A stretch of DNA of 64,000 bases from a bacterium (GTDB taxonomy: Bacteria; Patescibacteriota; Minisyncoccia; Phycocordibacterales; Phycocordibacteraceae), in NCBI GenBank assembly GCA_037200965.1, contig JBBCGK010000001.1, forward strand, positions 433,992 to 497,991, in the 5' to 3' direction. Below the pieces are notes generated by a model, which searched no databases, was not told the DNA's origin, and was given only the letters and a program-made list of their open reading frames with translations. The first letter of the stretch is position 1. Each line of letters opens with the position of its first letter. Position numbers and translations under genes: made by a program. This document shows positions 1 through 9,953 of this stretch, piece after piece.

Positions 1-404
1 TGCAGCCCAGGGTATCAAGGGACATGCTGATCTGGCGTCATCCCCACCTTCCTCTCCCGTGAGGGAGCAGTCTCGCCTGACATATATAACAGGCAACGGG
101 GGTTGCGTTCGTTACCCCACTGAAGGGAACAGTTCAAACCACGAACTGACGACGACCATGCATCACCTGTCCAGCACCCTCGAAGGCTCCGTCCCTTTCG
201 GGTCGGATGCAGCTGGATTTCTAACCCTGGTAAGGTTCTTCGCTTGCCGACGAATTAAGCCACATGTTCCACCACTTGTGCGAGTCCCCGTCTATTCCTT
301 TGAGTTTTAAGCTTGCGCTCGTACTACCCAGGCGGCTCGCTTATCGCGTTAGCTTAGCCCCACAGAGGGTCGATACTCCGTAGAGCGAGCGAGCAACGTT
401 TAGG

Positions 405-436
<32 letters not shown>

Positions 437-698
437 ATCCCCTGGCTTTCGTGTGTGAGCGTCAGGAACGTACCAGTCTATTGCCTTCGCCTTTGGTGTT
501 CCCCATGATATCAACGGATTTCACCCCTACACCATGAGTTCCATAGACCTCTTACGCCCTCGAGCCGTACCGTTTCCCGTGCGGACCGGAAGTTGAGCTC
601 CCGGATTTTACGCGAGACTAATACGGCCGCCTTGACACCCTTTACGCCCAGTGATTCCGGATAATGCTCGGGGCCTCTGTATTACCGCTCCTGCTGGC

Positions 699-1633
699 CA
701 TCGTGTGTGGCATGCCGCACGGGCATGCCGCTCATATCGCTATGAGGATCGGACTATATCATCACCCACCAATACTGATGGGGCTCGGCGTGTAGTCTCT
801 GAGGGGTCAAAGTATATATTCCGATGATCAGAAGGAAGCTTGTACCTGAAACAGGGCAGGATGTAAGGGGCGACGGTTCTTGTAAACGCGTCGCGTCCTT
901 CTTTCCCGATATACAGTTTCGGATACCGCTTCCCGCGGCACAGCGACAAATAGGTTTTTGCCGCGATGCCGAATCTCTCTAATAACAGCGCTTGCAGTCG
1001 CTTCACCTCCGATTCCGTGAAAGAATCAGTACTGATGTGGTACGCATAATGGGATTTTGCTCGATAATCGAGCCTCCCATCATCCATGAACCACACCGCG
1101 AGCGTGAGCGGCGACCGGAACAATTCGGTGATATTTCCAGGAACGACCTTCTCGCGTCCCGCGTAGAAGATTTTGCGCATGTCTTCGAGGTTCTCGAAGA
1201 AACGCGTTCCGAAATACCACTGTTTCGTATCCGGTCTTTGCTTCGGAGGAGTTTTGACGAGATGCGCGAAGTGACTATAAAGCCACACTACATACTCCTT
1301 TCGTTCCTCCGATTGCTTTACCTGCAATCGGGTGCCTCGATAGCCGTTAAACTCGAGATTTCCATCTCCGAGCATGAGGCCTACGAGCACATCCCGTTGT
1401 TGCTTCGAGAGCGCACAGATCATCTTCACAATTATACTCGACTTCCCTGCTGATTGTCTCTTGGGATCTGATTTTGATTTCAAAGAAATCTAAACCAGAC
1501 GCAGTCCACAAGAGAGTTCCAGCATATAGCCAAGTTTTCGATCTCGATTTCTCGAGAAAGCTGCACGCGGTAACGAACGGTTCGTGAGAACCGTTCGATT
1601 TGCTCCAATGCGCAGAGCCACCTGCGCACGTGT
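699..1633 (-). mobile_element. Group I intron in the 16S rRNA gene (about 935 bp), carrying a homing endonuclease ORF
   Basis: The insertion lies between exon blocks GTATTACCGCTCCTGCTGGC (ends 698) and ACAGAGTTAGGAGCC (starts 1634), i.e. within the conserved 515-530 region. The minus-strand RNA has group I core-like CAGAGACTACACGCCG (786-805 rc) and GATATAGTCCGATC (747-760 rc), resembling the Tetrahymena P7/P9.0 strands. Boundaries are good to about 5 nt. Confidence 0.8.
740..1483 (-). CDS. LAGLIDADG homing endonuclease (double-motif), intron-encoded
   Basis: The ORF lies wholly inside the 16S insertion. It has two LAGLIDADG-type motifs, LVGLMLGDGNLEF and AVWFMDDGRLDY. The C-terminal codons overlap the intron RNA core, and the true start may be the internal Met (MICALSK). 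Confidence 0.85.
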   Translation of the reverse strand: MKSKSDPKRQSAGKSSIIVKMICALSKQQRDVLVGLMLGDGNLEFNGYRGTRLQVKQSEERKEYVVWLYSHFAHLVKTPPKQRPDTKQWYFGTRFFENLEDMRKIFYAGREKVVPGNITELFRSPLTLAVWFMDDGRLDYRAKSHYAYHISTDSFTESEVKRLQALLLERFGIAAKTYLSLCRGKRYPKLYIGKEGRDAFTRTVAPYILPCFRYKLPSDHRNIYFDPSETTRRAPSVLVGDDIVRSS

Positions 1634-2221
1634 ACAGAGTTAGGAGCCCCTTATTCCCCGGGTACCGTCAATTACTTCGTCCCCGGGAAAAGCTGTTTAC
1701 GTACCTAAGCACTTCGTCCAGCACGCGGCGTCGCTCCGTCAGGCTTGCGCCCATTGCGGAATATTCTCGTCTGCGGCCTCCCGTAGGAGTATGGGCCGTA
1801 TCTCAGTCCCATCGGTGGGGGTCAGCCTCTCAGCTCCCCTAAACGTCGTAGCCTTGGTGAGCCATTACCTCACCAACTAGCTGATATTACGCAGGTGACT
1901 CCCGGAGCAATAAATCTTTACTCTCGCGAGACCATCGGGAATTACCCAACCTTTCGGCTGGCTATGCCCGACTCCGGGGGATCTCCCTGCGCGTTACTAC
2001 CTCGTTCGCCACTGCCCTTGCGGGCCGTTCGACTTGCATGACTTATCCACGCCGCCAGCATTCATCCTGAGCTAGGATCAAACTCTCATTAAGAATAGGC
2101 GGAACAAAACAAAACATAACTTACAGGTTTTCTTGCACCCCCAAGACCGTGCCGGTCCTGGGGACTTTATTCGTATGTCAGAGAGCAAATAAAACCGGCC
2201 CCCTGTGGGGCAGGTAAAGCC

Positions 2222-2250
2222 ATACTATAGGAGGGCGGGAGGGGCGTCAA
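2222..2250 (-). promoter_or_regulatory. Candidate sigma70-type promoter for the 16S rRNA gene
   Basis: The minus strand reads TTGACG (2245-2250 rc), a 17-nt C-rich spacer, then TAGTAT (2222-2227 rc), about 130 nt upstream of the 16S 5' end. The 23S gene has the same architecture upstream. Confidence 0.5.
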
Positions 2251-2347
2251 GAGGCGTTTTGATGGGCGTCGTAACGAACCGGAGACCCTTTGGACAGGCC
2301 TTAGCGCTTATGGTATATCTGGCCCAGATCCAACGGAGATTACGCAC

Positions 2348-2833
2348 ATGGGAACTCGGGTAGCCGACATGGCCAAGGCCATGGGAATGTCCTATATAGA
2401 CCTGAACCGCCGACTCTTTCCAGTCAACGCTCCCGCCAGGCTGGTGCCGACCATTGAAGAACTCGAGGAGGAACTGGAAGAATCTGAGACGATGGGCGAG
2501 GTCGCGTACGTCATAAACGAAACGAAGCCCGGAAGCCCCCTCAGGCACCGGGCAACCCAGAAACACTATGCGCTCTGGATCAAAGCCCGTGACGAAGCGC
2601 GCACGATTGCTGAGTGGTACGAAGTGCATCGCTTCGCGCGATTCGACAAGCAACGCGACGCTGCCAGGGCCAAGATCGACAATATCTTCGAGTCGAAATT
2701 CAATGCGGCAGACACTCTCCCGAAACTCATGGAACTTTGGGAAGCGTTGCCGCGGAAGAGCAGGACTTTCGGCTATCTGCGGACACGCATGCTCTTCAAG
2801 ATCGCCGAATACTACCAAGATGAAGGGGGATGA
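2348..2833 (+). CDS. Hypothetical protein
   Basis: 161-aa ORF with a balanced, non-repetitive composition. The competing antisense ORF 2225-2818 looks less protein-like. No motif recognised. Confidence 0.45.
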   Translation: MGTRVADMAKAMGMSYIDLNRRLFPVNAPARLVPTIEELEEELEESETMGEVAYVINETKPGSPLRHRATQKHYALWIKARDEARTIAEWYEVHRFARFDKQRDAARAKIDNIFESKFNAADTLPKLMELWEALPRKSRTFGYLRTRMLFKIAEYYQDEGG

Positions 2834-2958
2834 ATCTTTGAAAGGGCCTGCGGAAACGCGGGCCCTTCACTGTTTCCCTTATAAAACGATTCTTACCTCC
2901 GACAAGTTGCATGCGGCGTTGAAAAGCGTATGCTGGTTGAAGCCGTCAAACCTTACCT

Positions 2959-3651
2959 ATGAGCGCATCACCGCGGGAGCGTGTTGTCGTGTCTGTCGGA
3001 GGGTCTCTTATCGTCCCTGAGGGGATCGATGCTTCATTTCTCGCGCGCTTCCGCGAGCTTATTCTCAAAAAGATTTCCGAGGGCTTTTCTTTTTATATCA
3101 TCACGGGCGGCGGGAAGACCGCGCGCAGCTATCAGGAAGCCGCGCATCTTGTTCGCGGCGATCTCCCGCGCGAAGACCTCGATTGGCTCGGCATCCACTC
3201 GACCAGACTCAACGCGCACCTCATGCGCACGCTTTTTCGCGAGCAGGGGCACGCGAAGATCGTAAAGGATCCGACAATGGTCCCTGAGGAAAGCCCGGTT
3301 ATCATCGGTGCCGGATGGAAGCCCGGCTGGTCGACCGACTATTGCGCCGTGCTTGCGGCAAAGGCGCTCGGCGCGAAGCGCCTCGTGAACCTGTCGAATA
3401 TCGACTACGTATACGACAAAGACCCGAGGAAATTCGAGGGTGCGAAGAAGCTTGAAAAACTATCCTGGAGCGAGTTCCGAAGCCTTATCCCTGCCGAGTG
3501 GGATCCGGGGCTCTCTTCCCCGTTCGATCCGGTAGCGGCCAAGGAAGCGGAGGCGCTTGGTCTTGAAATCGCCATCATGAACGGCGCGCGTCTTGATGAA
3601 TTTGAAAACTATTTAGAAAATAGGAACTTCGAGGGAACGGTCATTTCATAA
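2959..3651 (+). CDS. pyrH: UMP kinase (short, archaeal-like type), amino-acid kinase family
   Basis: VVVSVGGSLIVPEG at the N-terminus and ITGGGKTARSY are typical of uridylate kinase / amino-acid kinase fold proteins. Length is 230 aa. Confidence 0.75.
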   Translation: MSASPRERVVVSVGGSLIVPEGIDASFLARFRELILKKISEGFSFYIITGGGKTARSYQEAAHLVRGDLPREDLDWLGIHSTRLNAHLMRTLFREQGHAKIVKDPTMVPEESPVIIGAGWKPGWSTDYCAVLAAKALGAKRLVNLSNIDYVYDKDPRKFEGAKKLEKLSWSEFRSLIPAEWDPGLSSPFDPVAAKEAEALGLEIAIMNGARLDEFENYLENRNFEGTVIS

Positions 3652-3657
3652 CGAAAC

Positions 3658-3675
3658 GGGCCGCTTTCGCGGCCC
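3658..3675. terminator. Short GC hairpin between convergent genes
   Basis: GGGCCGC-TTTC-GCGGCCC lies between pyrH (+) and the minus-strand membrane protein gene. The T-tract is weak. Confidence 0.35.
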
Positions 3676-3692
3676 GCAAGTTGGGGAAGACC

Positions 3693-4589
3693 TTAGTGAT
3701 ATAGGAATGAGGAATCCGACATCACGACCTGTCCGAGCGACAGGTCTTTGACCCATCCCGGCATTTCAGTCCGATGCTCATGCACGAGCGCGGCGAGGCG
3801 CAACTGCATGCTCGCCTCGGAACCTGTGATTTTCTTCTCTTCGATCTCACGCAGCACTCGGGCGATCTTGTCGGCAAGATACGGCGCAAGCGCTCCGGTA
3901 AACACGTTGAGCTGCATACCGGACCTGTCTCTGGTCTCTTGCGGGCCCAATGCCTGATAGTGCGTCGCAAGAAGTCCCTGGAGCGATGCGTTCGGCTTGA
4001 GCCTGAAGTCGACTGAAACGAGAGCATGGATGGTATAGCCCCCGTACCAGGCAACTGTGACCGGTACAATAGCGGAACGGCGCCAGACCGGCACCGGGAC
4101 GCTACGTACTTCCAGGCGTTCGGCCTGCACGATCTGCCCCGGCAAGAGCATCCGGCCATCGTCGGTTATCCGCACATACCCAGGAGCGGTACCGAGCAGA
4201 TGTCCGCCTTGGTTTATGTAGAGCGCCGCCGCAGTCGGCATGAGGGCGAGCAGCGTGAAGACGCTCAGCGTGATCGGGATAGCTTCGTCGGTCGCTTCGT
4301 AGAACCAGTACAGCGGACCGAAGTATTTGCGCGTCTTTCCTGTCCAATCATCTGTCCACACGAGAATAAGCGCGTAGGCACTGAGACAGATAACGCCGCC
4401 CGCCGACACCCAGATCGGCGTCCATTCCCAGAACGCGGCATTGTCTTCCATGGCGCTCACCCCATAGGCGTCCAATAGATACAGGGACGAAAAAAGAAAA
4501 GCGGCGACACTCACGGCGAAACCGGCAGCAATAAAGGCGGTCCGGCCCAGCCAGTGTGGGAGCTCGAAGCTCCGCGTTGTTGCAGTCAT
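3693..4589 (-). CDS. Hypothetical membrane protein
   Basis: 298-aa ORF with several hydrophobic segments in the N-terminal half (e.g. TAFIAAGFAVSVAAFLFSSLYLL, WVSAGGVICLSAYALILVW). No family recognised. Confidence 0.6.
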   Translation of the reverse strand: MTATTRSFELPHWLGRTAFIAAGFAVSVAAFLFSSLYLLDAYGVSAMEDNAAFWEWTPIWVSAGGVICLSAYALILVWTDDWTGKTRKYFGPLYWFYEATDEAIPITLSVFTLLALMPTAAALYINQGGHLLGTAPGYVRITDDGRMLLPGQIVQAERLEVRSVPVPVWRRSAIVPVTVAWYGGYTIHALVSVDFRLKPNASLQGLLATHYQALGPQETRDRSGMQLNVFTGALAPYLADKIARVLREIEEKKITGSEASMQLRLAALVHEHRTEMPGWVKDLSLGQVVMSDSSFLYH

Positions 4590-4675
4590 TGGATTATCCT
4601 CCGTAACGAGCTTGGTTGCCTAAGGCATTATAGCAGATAAACGTGGCACTGTAAAACGACGACGTCCACTGATCG

Positions 4676-5227
4676 TTATCTTGAAACTTCCGAGAGGATC
4701 CGGTCTATCTGCTTATGAAGCTCTTCGAGCGTGCCGTCGTTGGTGATTGTAAAGTCAGCCGAATCAATGACGGCACGGATATTGTGCTTTGCCGGATCGT
4801 TCGATGCTATTTCCCGCTCGTTGTCCTCGACAAACTTCTCAAAAGAAACCTGATCGGTCTCGGTTCCCCGCTTCCGTATACGTTCGTAGCGCGCTCTGAC
4901 ATCCGCGTCCACGCCCAGGATTATGGCCCCGTGCTCCCGGAGGAAATTCGCCTCTCCGAGCGTATGCAATGACTCGATGATAACATCGGCTCCGTACGAT
5001 TGCGCGCGCTTCAGAAGCTCTCCCGTGATATATCCGGCTCCATGTTTCGCGCGTAAATCGTTCGCGACGATGCTCAGATTATCGCGAACGCGCGGAAGGC
5101 CCCGGCGATCCACTTCTTCCCAGAGAAAGTTACGAACCGAGAAATGTGTAAATCCTTGTTCTTCGACCAAGTACTCGACCACCGTTCCCTTCCCCGCCCC
5201 GAGCGTCCCGGCGATACCGAGAATCAT
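4676..5227 (-). CDS. P-loop nucleotide kinase (dephospho-CoA kinase / dNMP kinase-like)
   Basis: N-terminal Walker A ILGIAGTLGAGKGT, 183 aa, and an overall layout like the CoaE / small nucleotide kinase family. Confidence 0.6.
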   Translation of the reverse strand: MILGIAGTLGAGKGTVVEYLVEEQGFTHFSVRNFLWEEVDRRGLPRVRDNLSIVANDLRAKHGAGYITGELLKRAQSYGADVIIESLHTLGEANFLREHGAIILGVDADVRARYERIRKRGTETDQVSFEKFVEDNEREIASNDPAKHNIRAVIDSADFTITNDGTLEELHKQIDRILSEVSR

Positions 5228-5230
5228 GGG

Positions 5231-6139
5231 CTATTTCTTCGCGAACCGGTGCGCGAGCGGGATAAGGAGCGGGGCGGAGCGGCAGATGGAAGAGAACGTT
5301 CCGGCGACGACGCCGACGAGCATCACGAGCGCGAAGTTGACGGTCACGGGCGCGCCGAAGAAAACGAGTGCGAGGAGTGCGAGCGCGACCGTGAGCCCGG
5401 TATTGATGGAGCGCGTCATGGTCTCGTCGATCGACTTGCCGATCGTCGTCTCGAACGATTCCTTAAGCCCGGTCTTCTCGTTCTTCGCAAGGTGCTCGCG
5501 GACGCGGTCGAAAATGACGATAACGTCGTTCACGCAGTACCCGAGAAGGGCAAGAAGGGCGACCACGAAGAGCGAATCGACTTGAGCGCCCGTGAAATGG
5601 CACAGCGCCGCGAAGAAGCCGGTCGGCACGATGATGTCGATCGCGAGCATGGCGACGACGGTAAGACCGTAGGTCCAGCCGGGGACCGGAGGCGGGACTT
5701 TCCGGAACGCCCAGGCGATATAGAGCACGATGGCGAGGACGACCGCGAGGATGGCCCAGATCGCTTTCTTGCCAAGCTCGGTGCCGAGAGCAGGCCCGAC
5801 GCTCGTGAATTTGTCTTCGGTGAACTCCGCCGTGCCGCCAAGGGTAAGCGCGGAAAGGACTGCCTCGTGTTCCGCGGGAGTGAGCGTCCGGGTACGAAGC
5901 GTTACGCCCGTCTCTCCCGACTGGCGGAGCGATATTTCCCCGAGCGCGACCCGGTCGGTAACGCTCTTCTTAAGCACGTCGAGCGAAGGCTCGGACGTGG
6001 TGTACGTGGCCTCAAGGAGCGACCCGCCCGTGAAATCGATGCCGAGCGGAAGACCGAAGAAGACGATGGCGCCGAGCGCGGCGGCAAGGATGACTCCGGT
6101 GATCCAGAAGAACAGCGTGCGATGGTTGACGATATACAT
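5231..6139 (-). CDS. secF: Protein translocase subunit SecF
   Basis: GIDFTGGSLLE, the GYCVNDVIVIFDRVRE motif and six predicted TM segments. It sits immediately downstream of secD. Confidence 0.9.
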   Translation of the reverse strand: MYIVNHRTLFFWITGVILAAALGAIVFFGLPLGIDFTGGSLLEATYTTSEPSLDVLKKSVTDRVALGEISLRQSGETGVTLRTRTLTPAEHEAVLSALTLGGTAEFTEDKFTSVGPALGTELGKKAIWAILAVVLAIVLYIAWAFRKVPPPVPGWTYGLTVVAMLAIDIIVPTGFFAALCHFTGAQVDSLFVVALLALLGYCVNDVIVIFDRVREHLAKNEKTGLKESFETTIGKSIDETMTRSINTGLTVALALLALVFFGAPVTVNFALVMLVGVVAGTFSSICRSAPLLIPLAHRFAKK

Positions 6140-6142
6140 ACG

Positions 6143-7444
6143 TTATTTGCGAAGCCCGCTACCAGTAAGAAAACGCCATGCCCCCGTGTTTGCTTCGGGC
6201 AGTATCGCAAGCAGGAAGATGCGCGAGACGGTGACGGCGGAGACGAGCGAAGCGATGACGCCGAGCGCGAAAACGAGCGCGAAGCCCTGGATGAGGCTCG
6301 TTCCGAGCCAGAAGAGAATCACCGCGGAAATAAGCATCGTAAGGTGGCCGTCCCTGATCGCGGGCCACGCGCGGCTGAAGCCGATGTGCGCGGCTTCGCG
6401 GGGCCCCTTCCCTTCGCGAAGCTCTTCCTTGATGCGCTCGAAGATGAGCACGTTCGCGTCGACCGCCATACCGACCGATATGATAAGCCCCGCGATGCCG
6501 GAGGCGGTAAACGTGACCGGAATGAATTTCATCACGGAAAGGACGAGCGCGAGATAGCCGACGAGGGCAACGTCCGCGACCAGGCCCGGAAGACGGTACC
6601 AAAGAAGCATGAAAACCGCGACCAGGAGGAATCCGACGATGCCGGCAAGCACTCCGGCGGTAATGGCGTTCGCGCCAAGAGTCGGCCCCGCGGTGTTCGA
6701 ACCGATAAGTTCGATCGGGACCGGAAGCGCGCCGAAGTTAAGGTTCTGCACCAGGCTCTTCGCTTCGGTCGCGTTGAACTTACCGGTAATGGTTGCGGTG
6801 CCGCCCGGAATCGCCTCCTGAATGACGGGCGTCGAAATCGGCGAGCCGTCGAGGAAGATGCCGAGTATGTCGCCGACGTGCTCGCTCGTGATTTTCTCGA
6901 AAAGCTTCGCGCCTTCGTCGTTGAACTTGAGAAGGACAATAGGGCTTCCAAGCACGTTGCTTGCGCCGCCGTTCCCGAATTCAAGCGACGCATTCGCAAG
7001 ATACTGGCCGGTGAGTCCGGTCGAGACGAACTCGGTCGTCGTGCCGACCGTCTTCTGGAGCCGGAATTCGAGCACCGGCGTCTTGCCGATCGCGTCGACC
7101 GCGGCCTTCACGTTCGTGACGCCCGGGAGATCGACGATAAGGCGGTCTTCCGCCTGGCCGTTGAGGGTGCTCGCCCGCTCGGTCTGGACGAGGGGTTCCG
7201 CGACGCCGAAGAGGTTCACGCGGCGCTCGATAACCTGATGAAGCGACGCGAGGGCGCCCGGGCGGCTTGCCTCAGCGATCGAGGCAGTATCCGCCTTATA
7301 GGTGAGTTCGGTACCTCCCGCAAGGTCGAGGCCGAGCTTGAAGCGCCACGGGGACTCGGGATTGGCCTGGGTCGACCAGACGAACCATATAAGCGCGGCT
7401 CCTATGATAAGGAGCCCGATGGCGGCAAGCCGATGATGCTTCAT
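6143..7444 (-). CDS. secD: Protein translocase subunit SecD
   Basis: GLDLAGGTELTY, a periplasmic domain, and a C-terminal TM bundle with MAVDANVLIFERIKEE. It forms an operon with secF. Confidence 0.9.
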   Translation of the reverse strand: MKHHRLAAIGLLIIGAALIWFVWSTQANPESPWRFKLGLDLAGGTELTYKADTASIAEASRPGALASLHQVIERRVNLFGVAEPLVQTERASTLNGQAEDRLIVDLPGVTNVKAAVDAIGKTPVLEFRLQKTVGTTTEFVSTGLTGQYLANASLEFGNGGASNVLGSPIVLLKFNDEGAKLFEKITSEHVGDILGIFLDGSPISTPVIQEAIPGGTATITGKFNATEAKSLVQNLNFGALPVPIELIGSNTAGPTLGANAITAGVLAGIVGFLLVAVFMLLWYRLPGLVADVALVGYLALVLSVMKFIPVTFTASGIAGLIISVGMAVDANVLIFERIKEELREGKGPREAAHIGFSRAWPAIRDGHLTMLISAVILFWLGTSLIQGFALVFALGVIASLVSAVTVSRIFLLAILPEANTGAWRFLTGSGLRK

Positions 7445-7504
7445 GATGGGCCTAGTATAAGGAATTAGGGGCCGGATGCAACCGCATCCGAACCAGGTGG
7501 AATC

Positions 7505-7774
7505 TTATTCAAAAAGATCGGCATGGGTGCCGGTGCGGTGGAGGATAATACTGGATTCCGTGACGGCATAGACGAGGAGCCAGTCGGGTTCGATATGGCA
7601 TTCGTCGGTTCCTTTCCACTCCCCTTGAAGGGGGTGAGGCTTGTAGTCCGGGGGAAGGCTGCCTTGAGCCGCAAGCAAGCGCGTGACGGCCACCATCTTC
7701 TCTCGATCTTTCCCCCGTTTTAACTGACGCCGGATATCTTTCTTGAACCGGCTTGTTTGAAGAAGAATCCTCAT
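7505..7774 (-). CDS. yafQ: Type II toxin, YafQ/RelE-family mRNA interferase
   Basis: HPLQGEWKGTDECHIEPDWLLVY...LHRTGTHADLF is the YafQ signature. The start is taken at MRILLQ, overlapping the antitoxin stop by 4 nt. Confidence 0.8.
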   Translation of the reverse strand: MRILLQTSRFKKDIRRQLKRGKDREKMVAVTRLLAAQGSLPPDYKPHPLQGEWKGTDECHIEPDWLLVYAVTESSIILHRTGTHADLFE

Positions 7775-8040
7775 GCGCGCATAGCGCGCAACTCCTTCTC
7801 CCATGCATCGAACGATTTCGGCTTCAGCAGCCCGCGGCCCTTACGGGCATCGCGGATGACTTTTGCGGTTTCGGCGTTGGGGATATTGGTACTGAACGGG
7901 AGTCCTTGGTTGAGGGTTACTTGCGTATAGAAGAGCGTAACGGCATCCGTCGGGGAGAGGCCGATTCTCGAAAGCACCGCCTCTCCCCTGCGCTTGAGCG
8001 AGGGTTCCATGCGGGCTCGTACCGTTGCGGTTTTTGCCAT
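7771..8040 (-). CDS. dinJ: Type II antitoxin, DinJ/RelB family
   Basis: MAKTATVRARMEPSLKRRGEAVLSRIGLSPTDAVTLFYTQV matches the DinJ/RelB ribbon-helix-helix N-terminus. It lies directly upstream of the toxin. Confidence 0.75.
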   Translation of the reverse strand: MAKTATVRARMEPSLKRRGEAVLSRIGLSPTDAVTLFYTQVTLNQGLPFSTNIPNAETAKVIRDARKGRGLLKPKSFDAWEKELRAMRA

Positions 8041-8078
8041 ATGCGCAGTGTAGCCCATTTGGGCTACACTTGCAAATC

Positions 8079-8891
8079 CTAAGAGTATTCGGCGAGCTCG
8101 ATAACGTTCTCAAACAGTTTCGCAACGGCGACCGGACCCACTCCTCCCGGGACGGGCGTAAAAAGAGAACATTTTTCGGCACCCGCCGGATCGGCATCTC
8201 CCCTTATAACGCCGCCGGACTCGGAGGTGCCCGCATCGATAAGGATGACTCCCTCCTTGATTATCTCAGGCTTCACAAGCCCCGCGGAACCCGCGCCCGC
8301 GACGATAATGTCCGCGCCGGAAAGCATGCGCGCGAGCTCTTCCGGAGCCGTTTCGATGGTCGCTATGGAAACGTCCGCACCTTGGCGGTTAAGCCATGTC
8401 GCAACCGGAGCGCCGACCAGCCAGCCATTCCCTATGACTACAGCCTTCTTCCCCGCTATCGATACGCCCCTCACTATTTCCGCGACCGCGCCGACGACCG
8501 GCGGCAGGAGCGCGCCGTCTTCTCCTCTTTCAAACCGCGCCCGGGCCGCGGACGAAAGCACGTCAGCGTCTTTTTCCACAGGAATCGCGTCGAGTACCGC
8601 CTGCGTATCGACCGTGGCCGGAAGCGGAAGCTGTACGATGAGCGCGTCTTCCGTAGCGGCCGTGACCGCGGCGATGAGCTCGGTTGTGGTCGCGGTCTCC
8701 GGGAGCGTCTGCACGATCATCCCGATACCGGCCTCCGCGGCGCGCTTTTCTTTGATCTTAAGATACGACGCCGTCGCGGCATTGCCCCCGCAGGCAACCA
8801 CGCGAAGCGTCGGCATGCGTCCGAGCTGTTCGGAACGCGCTCTGGCGCGCGAGAGTATATCCGCTGCGAGTCTCTTTCCGTCGAGAATCAT
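8079..8891 (-). CDS. folD: Bifunctional methylene-THF dehydrogenase / methenyl-THF cyclohydrolase
   Basis: MILDGKRLA..., LIVQLPLP, VVIGNGWLVGAPVA and TPVPGGVGPVAVA. The 401-aa track ORF has a spurious N-terminal extension, so the start is placed at the ATG at 8891. Confidence 0.88.
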   Translation of the reverse strand: MILDGKRLAADILSRARARSEQLGRMPTLRVVACGGNAATASYLKIKEKRAAEAGIGMIVQTLPETATTTELIAAVTAATEDALIVQLPLPATVDTQAVLDAIPVEKDADVLSSAARARFERGEDGALLPPVVGAVAEIVRGVSIAGKKAVVIGNGWLVGAPVATWLNRQGADVSIATIETAPEELARMLSGADIIVAGAGSAGLVKPEIIKEGVILIDAGTSESGGVIRGDADPAGAEKCSLFTPVPGGVGPVAVAKLFENVIELAEYS

Positions 8892-9952
8892 TTGTGGCGG
8901 CGCGCGCTTTCGGGCACGAACGACTCGTACGCGCCGTTGGTGTAATAGAAGGCGTCGAAGCTCGGGTAAGCATATGCATATCCGAGTTCCCTCGTAACTT
9001 TCGAGCCGTCGACCGCGATGGGATACGAATAGCTTTTCCAGGCCCCCTTGCCGGTCGGAATCTTCCCGCGCGAAAGATGCCAAAATACGAAAAACGGGAA
9101 GCGCACCATCCACGGATATACGGGAAGCAGCCGCTTCCCCACCGCCTTCGCCATATCGGGCCCGAGAACAACCGGACCCGGAGGGCAGATATTGAAGACC
9201 TCGTATCCCTTGACCGGTTCGCCAAACGCGAGACGCTCGACGATACCGACGACGTCGTCCTCGTGTATGAACTGCCGGAGCCACTTAGGCGTGACCGGAA
9301 CAAAGGAAACCATGCCGGAGACGAGACGATAGGCGAAGGAATCCTTGAGCTGCCCCGAAAGCGCGGCCTGAAGCCCGAACCGGATACGCATGAACCGCCC
9401 GCGGGGGCCCGTGATGGCCGCGGGGCGCACGACGGCGACGTTCACCCGCTTATCGCTTTTCGCATATTTCTCTTCGAGATGCTCCTCGGCAATCCTCTTC
9501 TCTTCCGCATATAGATAGTCCATTTTTCGGAACGGCTCGTCTTCCGCATACCGGTGTCCGGTCGAGTTGTCGGGATACGCGCCATAGGAAGCGACGGTGG
9601 AGAAATGGATCAGGCGCTCGACCGAAGGTTCGCCGAGCGCGAAATCGAATACCGCGTCGGATCCGTCGATATTCCACTTCCACGTAAGCGCATGATCGCC
9701 GTACACCTCCCGTATCTGCCACGCGGTGTGGATCACGATATCCGGCCTTTCCGCCCGCGCCCGCTCCTGCCAGGTCCCGTCGGAAGTATTGGCCTCTATA
9801 TAGAGAAGCTTCGGTTCCTTGGCGAGCAGTTCCGGAAGCGGTTCTTTATCGACGCCGATGATGCGTCCGATGTCCTCGCGCTTCGCGAAGCGTTCGACGA
9901 GCATGGCGCCTACATACCCTGCCGCCCCGGTGATGAGTATCGTGCGCTTCAT
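8888..9952 (-). CDS. NAD-dependent epimerase/dehydratase family protein
   Basis: Rossmann motif ILITGAAGYVGAMLV at the N-terminus, 354 aa. The stop overlaps the folD start (ATGA). Confidence 0.8.
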   Translation of the reverse strand: MKRTILITGAAGYVGAMLVERFAKREDIGRIIGVDKEPLPELLAKEPKLLYIEANTSDGTWQERARAERPDIVIHTAWQIREVYGDHALTWKWNIDGSDAVFDFALGEPSVERLIHFSTVASYGAYPDNSTGHRYAEDEPFRKMDYLYAEEKRIAEEHLEEKYAKSDKRVNVAVVRPAAITGPRGRFMRIRFGLQAALSGQLKDSFAYRLVSGMVSFVPVTPKWLRQFIHEDDVVGIVERLAFGEPVKGYEVFNICPPGPVVLGPDMAKAVGKRLLPVYPWMVRFPFFVFWHLSRGKIPTGKGAWKSYSYPIAVDGSKVTRELGYAYAYPSFDAFYYTNGAYESFVPESARRHK

Positions 9953-9953
9953 A

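Noticed and set aside
5144-7468. 774-aa plus-strand ORF
   Set aside because: It is antisense to the clearly conserved secF/secD. Its Arg/Glu/Asp/Gly-rich low-complexity composition is typical of spurious ORFs on the opposite strand of GC-rich genes.
8892-9284. N-terminal 131-aa extension of the folD track ORF
   Set aside because: It overlaps the epimerase gene in another frame and has an Arg-rich nonsense composition. FolD homology begins at MILDGKRL (ATG 8891).
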